DNA of 64,000 bases from an uncultured Planctomycetales bacterium (lineage in GTDB: Bacteria > Planctomycetota > Planctomycetia > Pirellulales > S012-138). Location of the stretch: positions 6,614 to 70,613 of the forward strand of contig CALBRZ010000043.1 of NCBI GenBank assembly GCA_937927735.1, written 5' to 3'. Of the stretch, positions 41,086-50,324 are shown piece by piece; position 1 is the first letter of the stretch; each line of letters opens with the position of its first letter. The notes under the pieces were generated by a model. That model was not told the origin of the DNA, made no database searches, and saw only the letters and a list, made by a program, of their open reading frames with translations. The position numbers and the translations under genes are program-made.

Positions 41086-42045
41086 ATGCGTCCGGCCCCG
41101 TCTCCGCTGTCGCGTGAGCAGCGTCTGGAGCTGGGGCACCGCGCGGCCCAAGGGGCCATGTACCGCCAGGACAAGATCTGGTCGCGGTTCAGCAACGACA
41201 AAGTCGATATCGCCCACGTGCTGATGTCGGTCCTGCGGACGCTTCACAAGGCGCTGCCGCTGGACGAACCGCAAACGGCGCTCTCGATCGGTTCCAGCAA
41301 CGAGCCGCAGTTCCGCATCCTGGAAGCCACCTGCCGCGGCGGGCTCTACCTGCTGGATATCGAAGCGGCGGCCCTGGATGTCATTGCCGAACGGACTGCC
41401 CGCCAGAGCACCGACCACGTGCGCACCCTGCACGACGATTACCGCCAGGTGCTGCGAGATGCGGCCGCGGTCGATACCTTCCGCGAACGTGAGCTGGGCG
41501 GCCAGCGGCTGTCGCTGATCACGCTGCACCATTCGCTGTATTACAGCGAAACCGGGTTCTGGCATGGGCTTCTGACCAACCTCTATCAGAGGCTATTGCA
41601 GCCGCTGCCAGCAACGGCCATCAACGGCTCGCAACCCGCGGGCCCGGTGGCCGCCATCCACGCGGTGCTGATGGCCAGCCGCAGCAACGACCGCATAACC
41701 ACAACCTGGCTGTACAACCATTTCGCCGAGAAGTTCTTCGACTGCCGCAATGAACAGGATCTGCTGGCCTGTGCCGAGCGGTTGCGTGCCGCCCCGCAAT
41801 TTGCCGATGCCCAGGTGCTAACCCGCACCGACCGGGTGGAATTCTTTGTCGACGACTTCGAACAGTTTATGGCGGTGGTGTGGATGATCCTGCTGCATCC
41901 CACGGTCCACCAGTACTCCCTGGACCAGCAGCGGGAAGTGATCGAGTGGGTGTATGAACACCTGTGGAGCCGCGGCCAGCCGCTGGTGCAGCTTCAGGAT
42001 CACCTGGTCATTTACCGCGGCCGCGGAATACCGGGCCTGGTGTAG
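41086..42045 (+). CDS. Hypothetical protein (possibly a degenerate methyltransferase-like fold)
   Basis: 319 aa. ALSIGSSNEPQ...LYLLDIE...LSLITLHHSLYY loosely resembles MTase strands beta1/2/4 but lacks a Gly-rich SAM loop. The assignment is weak. Confidence 0.5.
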   Translation: MRPAPSPLSREQRLELGHRAAQGAMYRQDKIWSRFSNDKVDIAHVLMSVLRTLHKALPLDEPQTALSIGSSNEPQFRILEATCRGGLYLLDIEAAALDVIAERTARQSTDHVRTLHDDYRQVLRDAAAVDTFRERELGGQRLSLITLHHSLYYSETGFWHGLLTNLYQRLLQPLPATAINGSQPAGPVAAIHAVLMASRSNDRITTTWLYNHFAEKFFDCRNEQDLLACAERLRAAPQFADAQVLTRTDRVEFFVDDFEQFMAVVWMILLHPTVHQYSLDQQREVIEWVYEHLWSRGQPLVQLQDHLVIYRGRGIPGLV

Positions 42046-42295
42046 CTGCCGCCGCAAGCGGCCCCCCAATTCGCCGCCCCTGGGACGCTTAACCGGGCAA
42101 ACCTTGCGCAATTGCTGCTGCCGACGAGGGGGTAATGGTAGCCCGCGCGGTGTTCAAGCGGCGGCGGCGCGGTAATAATATCCAGGACAGGCATCTAGCG
42201 CGGCAGCCCCCCAGAAGAGGCACGGATTCAGGCTGCCGCCCCGCCCACACCGCATACCTCACGCCCCCTTTTCCGCATTTGTCAGCAGGTGAACC

Positions 42296-43516
42296 GTGAC
42301 CAAGAAGCCTTCGCGGACGTTCTCCAGCGTCGACGCCGCCATTGAAGCCATCGCGCAAGGGAAGGTGGTGATCGTCGTCGACGCCGAAGACCGCGAGAAC
42401 GAGGGCGATTACATCTGCGCGGCCGAAAAGGTAACCCCGGAAATCGTCAACTTCATCCTCCGGGGCCGGGGCGAGTTCTGCATGCCGATCCTGCCGGAAA
42501 CCGCCGAACGACTCAACCTGCACCCGATGGTCGACGTGAACACCGCGCCGCTGAAAACGGCGTTCACCGTGCCGGTCGATCACCGCACCAGCAAGACCGG
42601 CATCACTGCGCAGGAACGGGCGACCACGGTTCGGGCGATCGTCGACCCCAACAGCCGGCCCGAGGACTTCGTGCGGCCCGGGCACCTGCACTGCATCATC
42701 GCCAAAGAAGGCGGCGTGCTGCGTCGTGCCGGGCATACCGAGGCCGCCGTCGACCTGGCTCGGCTGGCCGGCCTTCGCCCCGCCGGCGTGCTTTCCGAAA
42801 TCCTCAACGAGAACGGTGACCGCGCCACCCGCGACGAGTTGTTCGACCTGGCCGAGCAATATCAGCTCGAGATCATCTCGATCGAGGAGCTGATCCGATA
42901 TCGCCGCCGGCATGAAAAGCTGGTGGAACGCCTAGCCGAAGCGAACCTGCCCACCCGGTACGGCATGGGCCGCATCATCGCCTACCGCGTCAAGCACGAG
43001 CAGCAGGAGCCGATGGCCATTGTCTTCGGCAACCCGCAGGAAGCCGACACGCCCCTGGTGCGGCTGCACTCCAGTTGCTTCACGGGCGATCTGATCCAGT
43101 CGCTGCGGTGCGACTGCGGCGACCAGTTGCATTTGGCCCTGGAACAGATTGCCAGCGAGGGCTGCGGCGTGCTGGTGTACCTGCCGCAGGAAGGACGCGG
43201 CATCGGGCTCATCGAAAAGATCCGCGCCTACGGCCTGCAAGACCAGGGCATGGACACCGTCGAAGCCAACCTGGCCCTGGGCTACCAGGCCGACATGCGC
43301 GATTACGGCGTAGGTATCCAGATCCTCAAGGACTTGGGGCTAAGCCGCGTGCGGCTTCTCACCAACAACCCCAAGAAGACCGACGCCTTCATCTACGGCG
43401 GCTATGAGCTCGAAGTGGTCGACCAGGTGCCGATCGTCGCCCCGCACAACGAGCACCGCACGCGCTACATGGCGGCCAAACGCGAAAAGCTGGGCCACCA
43501 CCTGCCGGTGGATTAA
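42296..43516 (+). CDS. ribBA: Bifunctional 3,4-dihydroxy-2-butanone-4-phosphate synthase / GTP cyclohydrolase II
   Basis: GTG start. DAEDRENEGD (DHBPS) and RLHSSCFTGDLIQSLRCDCG (GCH II zinc site). Confidence 0.93.
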   Translation: MTKKPSRTFSSVDAAIEAIAQGKVVIVVDAEDRENEGDYICAAEKVTPEIVNFILRGRGEFCMPILPETAERLNLHPMVDVNTAPLKTAFTVPVDHRTSKTGITAQERATTVRAIVDPNSRPEDFVRPGHLHCIIAKEGGVLRRAGHTEAAVDLARLAGLRPAGVLSEILNENGDRATRDELFDLAEQYQLEIISIEELIRYRRRHEKLVERLAEANLPTRYGMGRIIAYRVKHEQQEPMAIVFGNPQEADTPLVRLHSSCFTGDLIQSLRCDCGDQLHLALEQIASEGCGVLVYLPQEGRGIGLIEKIRAYGLQDQGMDTVEANLALGYQADMRDYGVGIQILKDLGLSRVRLLTNNPKKTDAFIYGGYELEVVDQVPIVAPHNEHRTRYMAAKREKLGHHLPVD

Positions 43517-43592
43517 TGGGCCGGCTAAGCCGTTGAGCGTCTCTTGCCTGGCGTGCCCCGGGCCCACCGCGCTGTGCCACGAGCTTGCATCC

Positions 43593-44627
43593 TCACGCCC
43601 GTTCGATCGGGAAGGGGATCACCTCATCGATTGTCTTGGCCCCGGTGGCGGCCATCACCAACCGATCAAAGCCCAGTGCCGTGCCCGAGCACGATGGCAG
43701 CCCCGCGTCCATCGCCGCTAGCAGTCGGCTTTCAACGGGCAACGGCGGTTTGCCATCGGCGATTCGCTGCTGATTGGCCACGTGATTGCGGCGGCGCAGC
43801 TCCGCGGGATCGAGCAACTCGTGGTAACCGTTGGCCAGTTCCAGCCCATCGACATAGAGTTCAAACCGTTCAGCCACAGCGGGCGGGCCGGGCCGCACCT
43901 GCGCCAACGCCGACTGGCTAGCCGGAAAGTCATACAGGATCACCGGTTGAGCCGTGCCCAGCTTCGGTTGAATGGCTTCCACCAGGAGCAGATCGAGCCA
44001 CGCATCGCGATCATCCGAATCAAACGCCACGTCCACACCAAGATGCGTCGCGATTGCTTTCAGCTCGGCAACTTCAGCGCGGTGGGGATCAATGCCTAGC
44101 GTATTCTGAAACGCCTCGGCAAAGCTCATTTTCAACGCCGGGCCGCGGTCAAACATCACCTCGGCCAGATCGGCCAAAAGCTGCATACCGGCCTGGTAAT
44201 CGTCGCCCACCCGGTACCACTCCACCATGGTGAACTCGGGGTTGTGCAGCGGCCCACGTTCGGCCAGGCGAAACGCCTTGGTGACTTGATAGATCGCCTG
44301 AGCGCCGGCGGCCAACAGACGCTTCATGCCAAACTCGGGCGAAGTTTGTAGCCAGTACCGCGGCCCGACCTCCGGTTGCCGTGGATCGACCGCCAACGTC
44401 ACCGGCACCGGGTCCAAATGCCGATCAATCACGGTATCGGCCGAGAGGATCGGCGTATGCACTTCGATGAAGCCACGTTCGTCAAAAAACAGCCGCAGCC
44501 GGCGGAGCAACTGGCCGCGCTGGCAAAGCCGCTCCCAGGTGGCCGTGGGAAGATAATCTCCGTGTTCAGGTGCCGGACTCAAAGGTGCTTCTCTCCGCGT
44601 TTTGCTGTGCGATGCCGCAAGGCACAA
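43593..44627 (-). CDS. epmA: EF-P--(R)-beta-lysine ligase (PoxA/GenX-type truncated class II LysRS paralog)
   Basis: Collinear similarity to E. coli EpmA: FFDERGFIEVHTP, LQTSPEFGMKRLLAAG, HNPEFTMVEWY, ELANGYHEL, CSGTALGFDRLVM. No anticodon-binding domain. The start may be downstream of 44627. Confidence 0.85.
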   Translation of the reverse strand: MCLAASHSKTRREAPLSPAPEHGDYLPTATWERLCQRGQLLRRLRLFFDERGFIEVHTPILSADTVIDRHLDPVPVTLAVDPRQPEVGPRYWLQTSPEFGMKRLLAAGAQAIYQVTKAFRLAERGPLHNPEFTMVEWYRVGDDYQAGMQLLADLAEVMFDRGPALKMSFAEAFQNTLGIDPHRAEVAELKAIATHLGVDVAFDSDDRDAWLDLLLVEAIQPKLGTAQPVILYDFPASQSALAQVRPGPPAVAERFELYVDGLELANGYHELLDPAELRRRNHVANQQRIADGKPPLPVESRLLAAMDAGLPSCSGTALGFDRLVMAATGAKTIDEVIPFPIERA

Positions 44628-45156
44628 TGCCCTCGATCACTTCGCCATGAACCGCTCAAGCCTTTCAAGGTGTCCGATCACAGGCTCCGCACTACGACAT
44701 CAAAGGCAATCACTCGCAGTGATTGAAACCTTGAATCGGCTCTAACAAGCGACCAGGTGTCGCCTCAAAAGCAGCGGCTGCCCCATGAGAAAATATCCCA
44801 ACTTATTATGGGGCCGCCACGGAGCATTTCTTAAAGATGGGTGAGCGTACCGATCGCCTGGCAAAATAAAAAGCCCTCGTTCTGTATGGTGCGGCACGCG
44901 CGCATCTTGCGTTTGCGGTTCTAACCGTGAAAATGAAACATGTTACGGGATACCCGGCCGACTGTCGCAACCGCGCGCAGTCGCCGTCACGGTATCATCC
45001 CCATCAAGGGCATCGCGGAATCCACCGCCTCCCGCGAAGGAAGGTCGCCCCGCGGGGCAGAGCCGACCGCAGGATCGGCCGGTTAAGCAACCCATTCCGG
45101 GCGTTCAGCGTGGGGGGCACCCTTCATCTATCCAGCAAGGACAAGTTACACCCAGT

Positions 45157-46674
45157 ATGCCCTCATCCAAGCAGAAAGTCCTGGTCGTCGACGACGATCG
45201 CTCCGTTTTGCATATGCTCAAGGCCGGCCTGGCCGACCTGGCGACCCAAGTCGATGTGTTGACCGCCGACCGGGCTGAAACCGGCCTGACGCTCATCCGC
45301 GAGCACCGGCCCGACGCCGTTCTGCTGGACGTGATGATGCCGGGCATGTCTGGGCTGGAAGCCGTGGACCGCATCCACGAGATCGACAGCCGGCTGCCGG
45401 TGATCTTCATCACCGCCGGCGACGACAGCGAAGTGGCCATCGAGGCCATGAAGCGGGGCGCGTTCGATTACCTGCTCAAGCCGTTGGACTTGCCGCAGCT
45501 GCAGGATCTGGTCGAACAGGCCCTGGAGTCGCGGCGGTTCATGAGCGTACCGGTCACGGTGATCGACGACGCCAAGTCGCGTCCGACCGCTCCGGAAAAC
45601 TCCGACGTGCTGGTCGGCTGCAGCGAGCAGATGCTCCGCGTGTACAAGGCCGTGGGCCGCATCGCCGCCCAGGACGTAACCGTGCTGATCCGCGGCGAAA
45701 GCGGCACCGGCAAGGAGCTGATTGCCCGGGCCATCTACCAGCACAGCAAGCGTTCCAAGGGGCCGTTCCTGGCGGTCAACTGCGCTGCCCTGACCGACAC
45801 GCTGCTGGAAAGCGAACTGTTCGGCCACGAGAAAGGCGCTTTTACCGGCGCCGATCAGCGGCACATCGGCAAGTTCGAACGGTGCGACGGCGGCACCATC
45901 TTCCTCGACGAAGTTGGCGACATGTCGCCACTGGTGCAAAGCAAGGTACTCCGCGTGCTCCAGGAACAGGAGTTCGAACGCGTCGGCGGCACCGAAACGA
46001 TCAAGGCCAACGTCCGCATCATCGCCGCCACCAACCGTGATCTGGAGCGGATGGTCGAAGAGGAAGAGTTCCGCTCTGACCTGTTCTACCGGCTCAACGG
46101 TTTCACCATCCACCTGCCGCCGCTGCGCGAACGCGGCGACGACATCCGCCTGCTGCTGGAGCATTTCTTCCCGAGGTTTGCCCGGCAGTTCGGTAAGGAT
46201 CTGCAGAGTATCGCCCCGGGTGTGTACGACGTGCTGTACCGCTACCCCTGGCCGGGCAACGTGCGGCAGTTCCAGAGCGTGCTCAAGCAGGCCATTCTGC
46301 AATCGACCGGGCCGACGCTCATTCCCGAGTTCTTGCCGGCCGAGATCCGCAATTACGACGCCAGCGCCGCCCACTCCGAAGACGCCGACGGCCTGCCGCC
46401 CAGCGACCTCAAGAAACTGGTCGATGCCTGTCTGCGTTCCAACAGCACCGATACGTACGCCGACGCGCTGCTGATGATGGAGCGGTACGTGATTACCCGC
46501 TGCCTGCGTCACGCCGGCGGCAACCAGTCCAAGACGGCCCGAATCCTGGGCATCACCCGAGGCAGTCTCCGCAACAAGATCCGCACGCTGGGGATCTCGA
46601 TCGACTCGGTCGTCAACGTCAGCGATGACGACGACAACGATAACGAGAACGAGTCGGACGGCGAAGAATCGTAA
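45157..46674 (+). CDS. Sigma-54-dependent response regulator (NtrC family: REC + AAA+ + Fis-type HTH) with acidic C-terminal tail
   Basis: Receiver (VLVVDDD...LLDVMMPGMSG), AAA+ Walker A GESGTGKE, GAFTGA sigma-54 contact loop, C-terminal HTH (NQSKTARILGITRGSL). The protein ends in DDDDNDNENESDGEES. Confidence 0.9.
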   Translation: MPSSKQKVLVVDDDRSVLHMLKAGLADLATQVDVLTADRAETGLTLIREHRPDAVLLDVMMPGMSGLEAVDRIHEIDSRLPVIFITAGDDSEVAIEAMKRGAFDYLLKPLDLPQLQDLVEQALESRRFMSVPVTVIDDAKSRPTAPENSDVLVGCSEQMLRVYKAVGRIAAQDVTVLIRGESGTGKELIARAIYQHSKRSKGPFLAVNCAALTDTLLESELFGHEKGAFTGADQRHIGKFERCDGGTIFLDEVGDMSPLVQSKVLRVLQEQEFERVGGTETIKANVRIIAATNRDLERMVEEEEFRSDLFYRLNGFTIHLPPLRERGDDIRLLLEHFFPRFARQFGKDLQSIAPGVYDVLYRYPWPGNVRQFQSVLKQAILQSTGPTLIPEFLPAEIRNYDASAAHSEDADGLPPSDLKKLVDACLRSNSTDTYADALLMMERYVITRCLRHAGGNQSKTARILGITRGSLRNKIRTLGISIDSVVNVSDDDDNDNENESDGEES

Positions 46675-46773
46675 TCGCCGGCGCCCCAGTCCCCCGGGGC
46701 ATCTTATGCTGCCGATATGGCGAGATCGATCGGTGGTGAGCCACACCATGGCCTGCCGGCTCGCTGCCGGTGT

Positions 46774-49700
46774 TTAATCGCCAAGTTCGGCGGCGATCTG
46801 ATCGATCAGCTTCTGCGTGAGGATGGTGAGTCCATCCAACAGCGGCACGATGGCGTCAAAGCGTTCGGCCTCGGCCAATCGCTGGATCCGCATCGCCGCC
46901 TCAACGTTGTGCTCGGCATCAAAGCTGGATGACAGCCCCTTAAGGCTGTGGGCGGCCCGGGCGGTATCCTCGCGATCCCGCCGGGCAATGCCCTGCCGGA
47001 TATCCTCGATCAATTGCGGGGCGTCTTCCTTGTAGAACAGGAACATGTCCTTCAACAGGCTGCGATTATTGCCCAGCCGTTTCAAAGCAGCGTCGAGATT
47101 GCAGGCGACCCGATCGGGGATCTCCAGCGGCGATTCATCGGGCAGGGGCTCTGCTGCTTTGCTGGTCACAGTTTGCTCCTGACAGGTATTGCCAGCCTCG
47201 GCGACCGCGGCAGCCGTTTCCGCCGCCTGCGCTGAAGCGTGCTCGTTCTCATCGCGGCAGGCATCTGGCCGGTGCATGGCAGAGGGCCGGGCAGCCTGGC
47301 CCGTGGCTTCCACCGAGGCTCGCCTCGAATCTGGCCCGCCCTGATCGCCGGTCGAAGGCTCAGGATCCTCAGCCGCAGACCGGGCAGGCCGCGGCCCGAC
47401 GCTTTCAATCAGTTCTATCAGTTTATGGGCGTCGATCGGCTTTGCCAGATACGCGTTCATGCCCGCCGCCAGGCAGCGGTGTCGGTCACCCTTCATGGCG
47501 TGCGCGGTCATGGCGATGATCGGTAACGGCGGGCTGCCCATGCGGTGTTCCTGGGCGCGGATAGCCATCGCGGCTTCCAGACCATCCATCTCGGGCATCT
47601 GCACGTCCATCAATACCAGGTCGAAGCCTTGCTGCTGCACGGCCTCGACCGCCTGGCGGCCGTCGGACACCACGGTGACTTGATGACCTCGCTTTTCCAG
47701 GATCGCCCGCACCACGTGGCAGTTGGCCGGCGTATCTTCGGCCAGCAATACATGCAGCGGCGGGCAGGTCCGGGTGCTGGCCGAAAGCTGCCCATCGGGC
47801 GATGGCTTGGACGGCGGCACGTTCAGCGCATTGATGATGGCATCCAGCAGCAAGGCCTCGTCCATTGGCTTGGGAACGCAGCCGGCAATATGCAATAGCT
47901 CGCAGCGATGCAGCTCCGCCGGCTGCTGGGCCGGCGTCAACAGCACGATCGGCGTATCGCCCAACACCGGGTCGCGGCGAATGCGCTCGGCCAGCGCAAA
48001 ACCGTCGGTGCCGCTGAGGTTGGAAGCGATCAGTACCAGCGCGAACTTGCCAGGCGCCGTGCCGGGTTGCGACGCCAGAGCGTTGGCAGGCACCTCGGCC
48101 GGCGAGGCCTGGTTATCGCCCACTACCGGGTGCCCATTGACCTTGCCAGCAGCTGCGGCAGCCTGAAGCATTTCCCAGCCCTGTTGACCGCTCGAGGCAT
48201 GCACCGGCCTCATGTCCCAACCGGCCAACAGTTCCGCCAATTGTTGGCGGTCGGCTTCCACCTCGTCGATCACCAGCACCGGCATGCCGCTGAGTTCTTC
48301 GACCGTGATGGCCGGCAGCGCATCGCCGGGGCCGGGGGCCGGCAATCCAAAGCGAGCATCAAACTCAAACCGGCTGCCTTCCCCGAGTTTGCTGTGCAAT
48401 TCGAGCCGCCCGCCGTGCATCCGGATCAATTCCGACGAAATGGCCAGCCCTAGCCCGGTACCGCCGTAACGCCGAGTTGTCGACGTATCGACCTGGGTGA
48501 ACGGCGCAAAAATCCGTTCCTGGTCCTCCTCCGAGATGCCGATGCCCGTGTCGGTCACGGCAAAGTGCAACACGATCTCGTCCGATGTCTGCGACGTAAC
48601 GGTGACATCCAGCGCCACCTTGCCCTGGGGCGTGAACTTGATGCCATTGCCCACCAGGTTCACGATCACCTGCCGTAGCCGTTGAGCATCGCCGATCAGT
48701 TCGTCGGGCACGTTCCAGGCCACGTCGGCCGACAGCACCAGGTGCTTCTCGGCCGCGTGTAGGGCCAAGGTACGGAAGCTGTCGTCGATCAACTCCCGCA
48801 GCCGGAACGGTGCCATCTCCAGCTCGAACCGACCGGCCTCCATCTTCGAGAAGTCGAGAATCTCGTTCACCAGCGACAGCAGCGACTTGCCCGAGTCGTA
48901 CGCTGTTTCCAAATACTCGCGCACGTTGGGCGGCAGCGGTTCATCGAGGGCCAATTGCGTCATGCCCAGGATGGCGTTCATCGGCGTGCGCAGTTCGTGG
49001 CTGATGTTCGCCAGAAAGTCGCTCTTGAGGCGGTTGGCTCGCTCGGCTTCTTCCTTGGCCTGCTGCAGCTCGGACTCGGTGGCCTTTTGTTCGGAGAGAT
49101 CGATGGCGAACGAAACCGTCTGTCCCTCGGTTTCCGAAAGCAGCGCGGTGCCGATCAGAACGGGCAGTCGGGTTCCGTCCTTTCGGATCAGTTCTTTCTC
49201 GTAAGGCTGACAGCGGCCCTCACGGGCCAGTTCGACCGAGGCGGCGATGGTGACGTCGATGAACTCGCGCGGCGTGATCTCAGCCACATTGAGGCGGCCG
49301 GCGCGAACGTCTTCCTCGGTATAGCCCAGGAGCGCGAGGAACGACTGGTTGGCTTCAAACACCCGCCCGTCTTCCTCGCAGAAAAAGACGCCGATGATGT
49401 TGGCTTCGACCAATCGGCGGAAGCGAGCCCGCGAGCTTTGCAGCGAGCGATCGGCTTCTTCGCGTTGGGCAATCGTGGCGAGGGTTTCGCGGCGGCTGCG
49501 TTCGGCTTTTTCGCGGGCGCGGTGCAGCGCGGCGGCGAACAACAGCACCAGGCCGCCTTCGATGGTGAACAGCGTAGCCCGGATCGCCGCCTGGGCGTGC
49601 CAATGCGGTTCGCCTTGCGGACCGAGAAATGCGGTCGCCACCGCCGCCAGTACCAATGTGAGCAGGCCCGACTTCCAATTGCCGAACCAGGCGCTCACCA

Positions 49701-49833
49701 TCACAGCGGCGCACAGAAACAAGAGCGGCGCGCCGTCCGGTCCAATCAGCGGGTCAAGCAGCCGCTTGAGGCCCACGATGAACAAAAAGACGGCGACCGC
49801 GACCACATAGGGCGTCGCTTGAGCAAATCGCAT
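46774..49833 (-). CDS. Hybrid sensor histidine kinase (TM/DUF4118-like, PAS, HisKA, HATPase, degenerate REC, REC, Hpt)
   Basis: 1019 aa. H-box SHELRTPMN and G-box GGTGLGLAI. REC1 (about aa 517-668) has Ala where the phospho-Asp is expected (FALVLIASNLSGTDG). REC2 is canonical (DLVLMDVQMPEMDG, KP). The Hpt motif is AAHSLKG. Confidence 0.9.
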   Translation of the reverse strand: MRFAQATPYVVAVAVFLFIVGLKRLLDPLIGPDGAPLLFLCAAVMVSAWFGNWKSGLLTLVLAAVATAFLGPQGEPHWHAQAAIRATLFTIEGGLVLLFAAALHRAREKAERSRRETLATIAQREEADRSLQSSRARFRRLVEANIIGVFFCEEDGRVFEANQSFLALLGYTEEDVRAGRLNVAEITPREFIDVTIAASVELAREGRCQPYEKELIRKDGTRLPVLIGTALLSETEGQTVSFAIDLSEQKATESELQQAKEEAERANRLKSDFLANISHELRTPMNAILGMTQLALDEPLPPNVREYLETAYDSGKSLLSLVNEILDFSKMEAGRFELEMAPFRLRELIDDSFRTLALHAAEKHLVLSADVAWNVPDELIGDAQRLRQVIVNLVGNGIKFTPQGKVALDVTVTSQTSDEIVLHFAVTDTGIGISEEDQERIFAPFTQVDTSTTRRYGGTGLGLAISSELIRMHGGRLELHSKLGEGSRFEFDARFGLPAPGPGDALPAITVEELSGMPVLVIDEVEADRQQLAELLAGWDMRPVHASSGQQGWEMLQAAAAAGKVNGHPVVGDNQASPAEVPANALASQPGTAPGKFALVLIASNLSGTDGFALAERIRRDPVLGDTPIVLLTPAQQPAELHRCELLHIAGCVPKPMDEALLLDAIINALNVPPSKPSPDGQLSASTRTCPPLHVLLAEDTPANCHVVRAILEKRGHQVTVVSDGRQAVEAVQQQGFDLVLMDVQMPEMDGLEAAMAIRAQEHRMGSPPLPIIAMTAHAMKGDRHRCLAAGMNAYLAKPIDAHKLIELIESVGPRPARSAAEDPEPSTGDQGGPDSRRASVEATGQAARPSAMHRPDACRDENEHASAQAAETAAAVAEAGNTCQEQTVTSKAAEPLPDESPLEIPDRVACNLDAALKRLGNNRSLLKDMFLFYKEDAPQLIEDIRQGIARRDREDTARAAHSLKGLSSSFDAEHNVEAAMRIQRLAEAERFDAIVPLLDGLTILTQKLIDQIAAELGD

Positions 49834-50017
49834 TACATACGGCTACTTGGTAGGATCCAGCCGGCGGGAATCTCGGCTGCCTGGCGTCCTGCCCCGAACC
49901 ATGCTTCAGACCTCTCGGACGTGAAACTGCGTACCGCGGCCTGCCGGGCGATCCGTTTCGGTACAGCCCAAGGGGCAGCACGGCTCAACCGGCAATGGCC
50001 AGGGCCGAGTCCTTGCA

Positions 50018-50033
50018 TGCAAACCAACTGCCG
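50018..50033 (-). promoter_or_regulatory. Sigma-54 (-24/-12)-like promoter motif upstream of the hybrid kinase
   Basis: Minus strand reads CGGCAGTTGGTTTGCA against the consensus TGGCACG-N4-TTGCW. The GG and GC dinucleotides have correct spacing, and 9 of 12 specified positions match. It lies about 185 nt upstream of the ATG at 49833. One or two such matches are expected by chance in a window this size. Confidence 0.25.
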
Positions 50034-50324
50034 AACTCCAAGATAACCATTTAAAGGGTTGCGCACGACCCATTTGGGTGATCTGAAGTCTATAGCGAGA
50101 CTTGGGGCAACCGGCACCGGCGCAGGCGACGCGACCAGCTTTCAAGCCCTCCGTGCATCACCGCGTCAGCGAGAGGAGCGGCACGCCACACATGAGCGCA
50201 TGGTCTACGTAAGTGTACGGGCGTGGAATGCAGAGAATGTATGCAGCATTTTCCAGGTTCACCGTGGGAACATTCTCCATCGATGACCCGAGCTGCGTTC
50301 CGGCACGCTGCGACCCCGACGCTG

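Noticed and set aside
42046-42295. Possible FMN (RFN) riboswitch upstream of ribBA. The segments GGUAAUGGUAGCCCGCGCGG and CGGUAAUAAUAUCCAGGACAGG loosely resemble the CGGCGGU..AGCCCGCGAGC and GACGGU..AGUCCGGAUGG parts of the RFN element.
   Set aside because: The highly conserved GGGUGAAAUUCCC and GGUGAAAUUCCGG elements and a closing P1 helix are absent. The resemblance is too partial to call by eye. A cmsearch with the FMN covariance model would settle it.
44859-44874. Sigma-54-like TGGCAAAATAAAAAGC upstream of the sigma-54 activator gene. Similar TGGC…GC strings occur near 54989 and 35880.
   Set aside because: The GG-to-GC spacing is off by one or two positions relative to the -24/-12 consensus, which is normally invariant.
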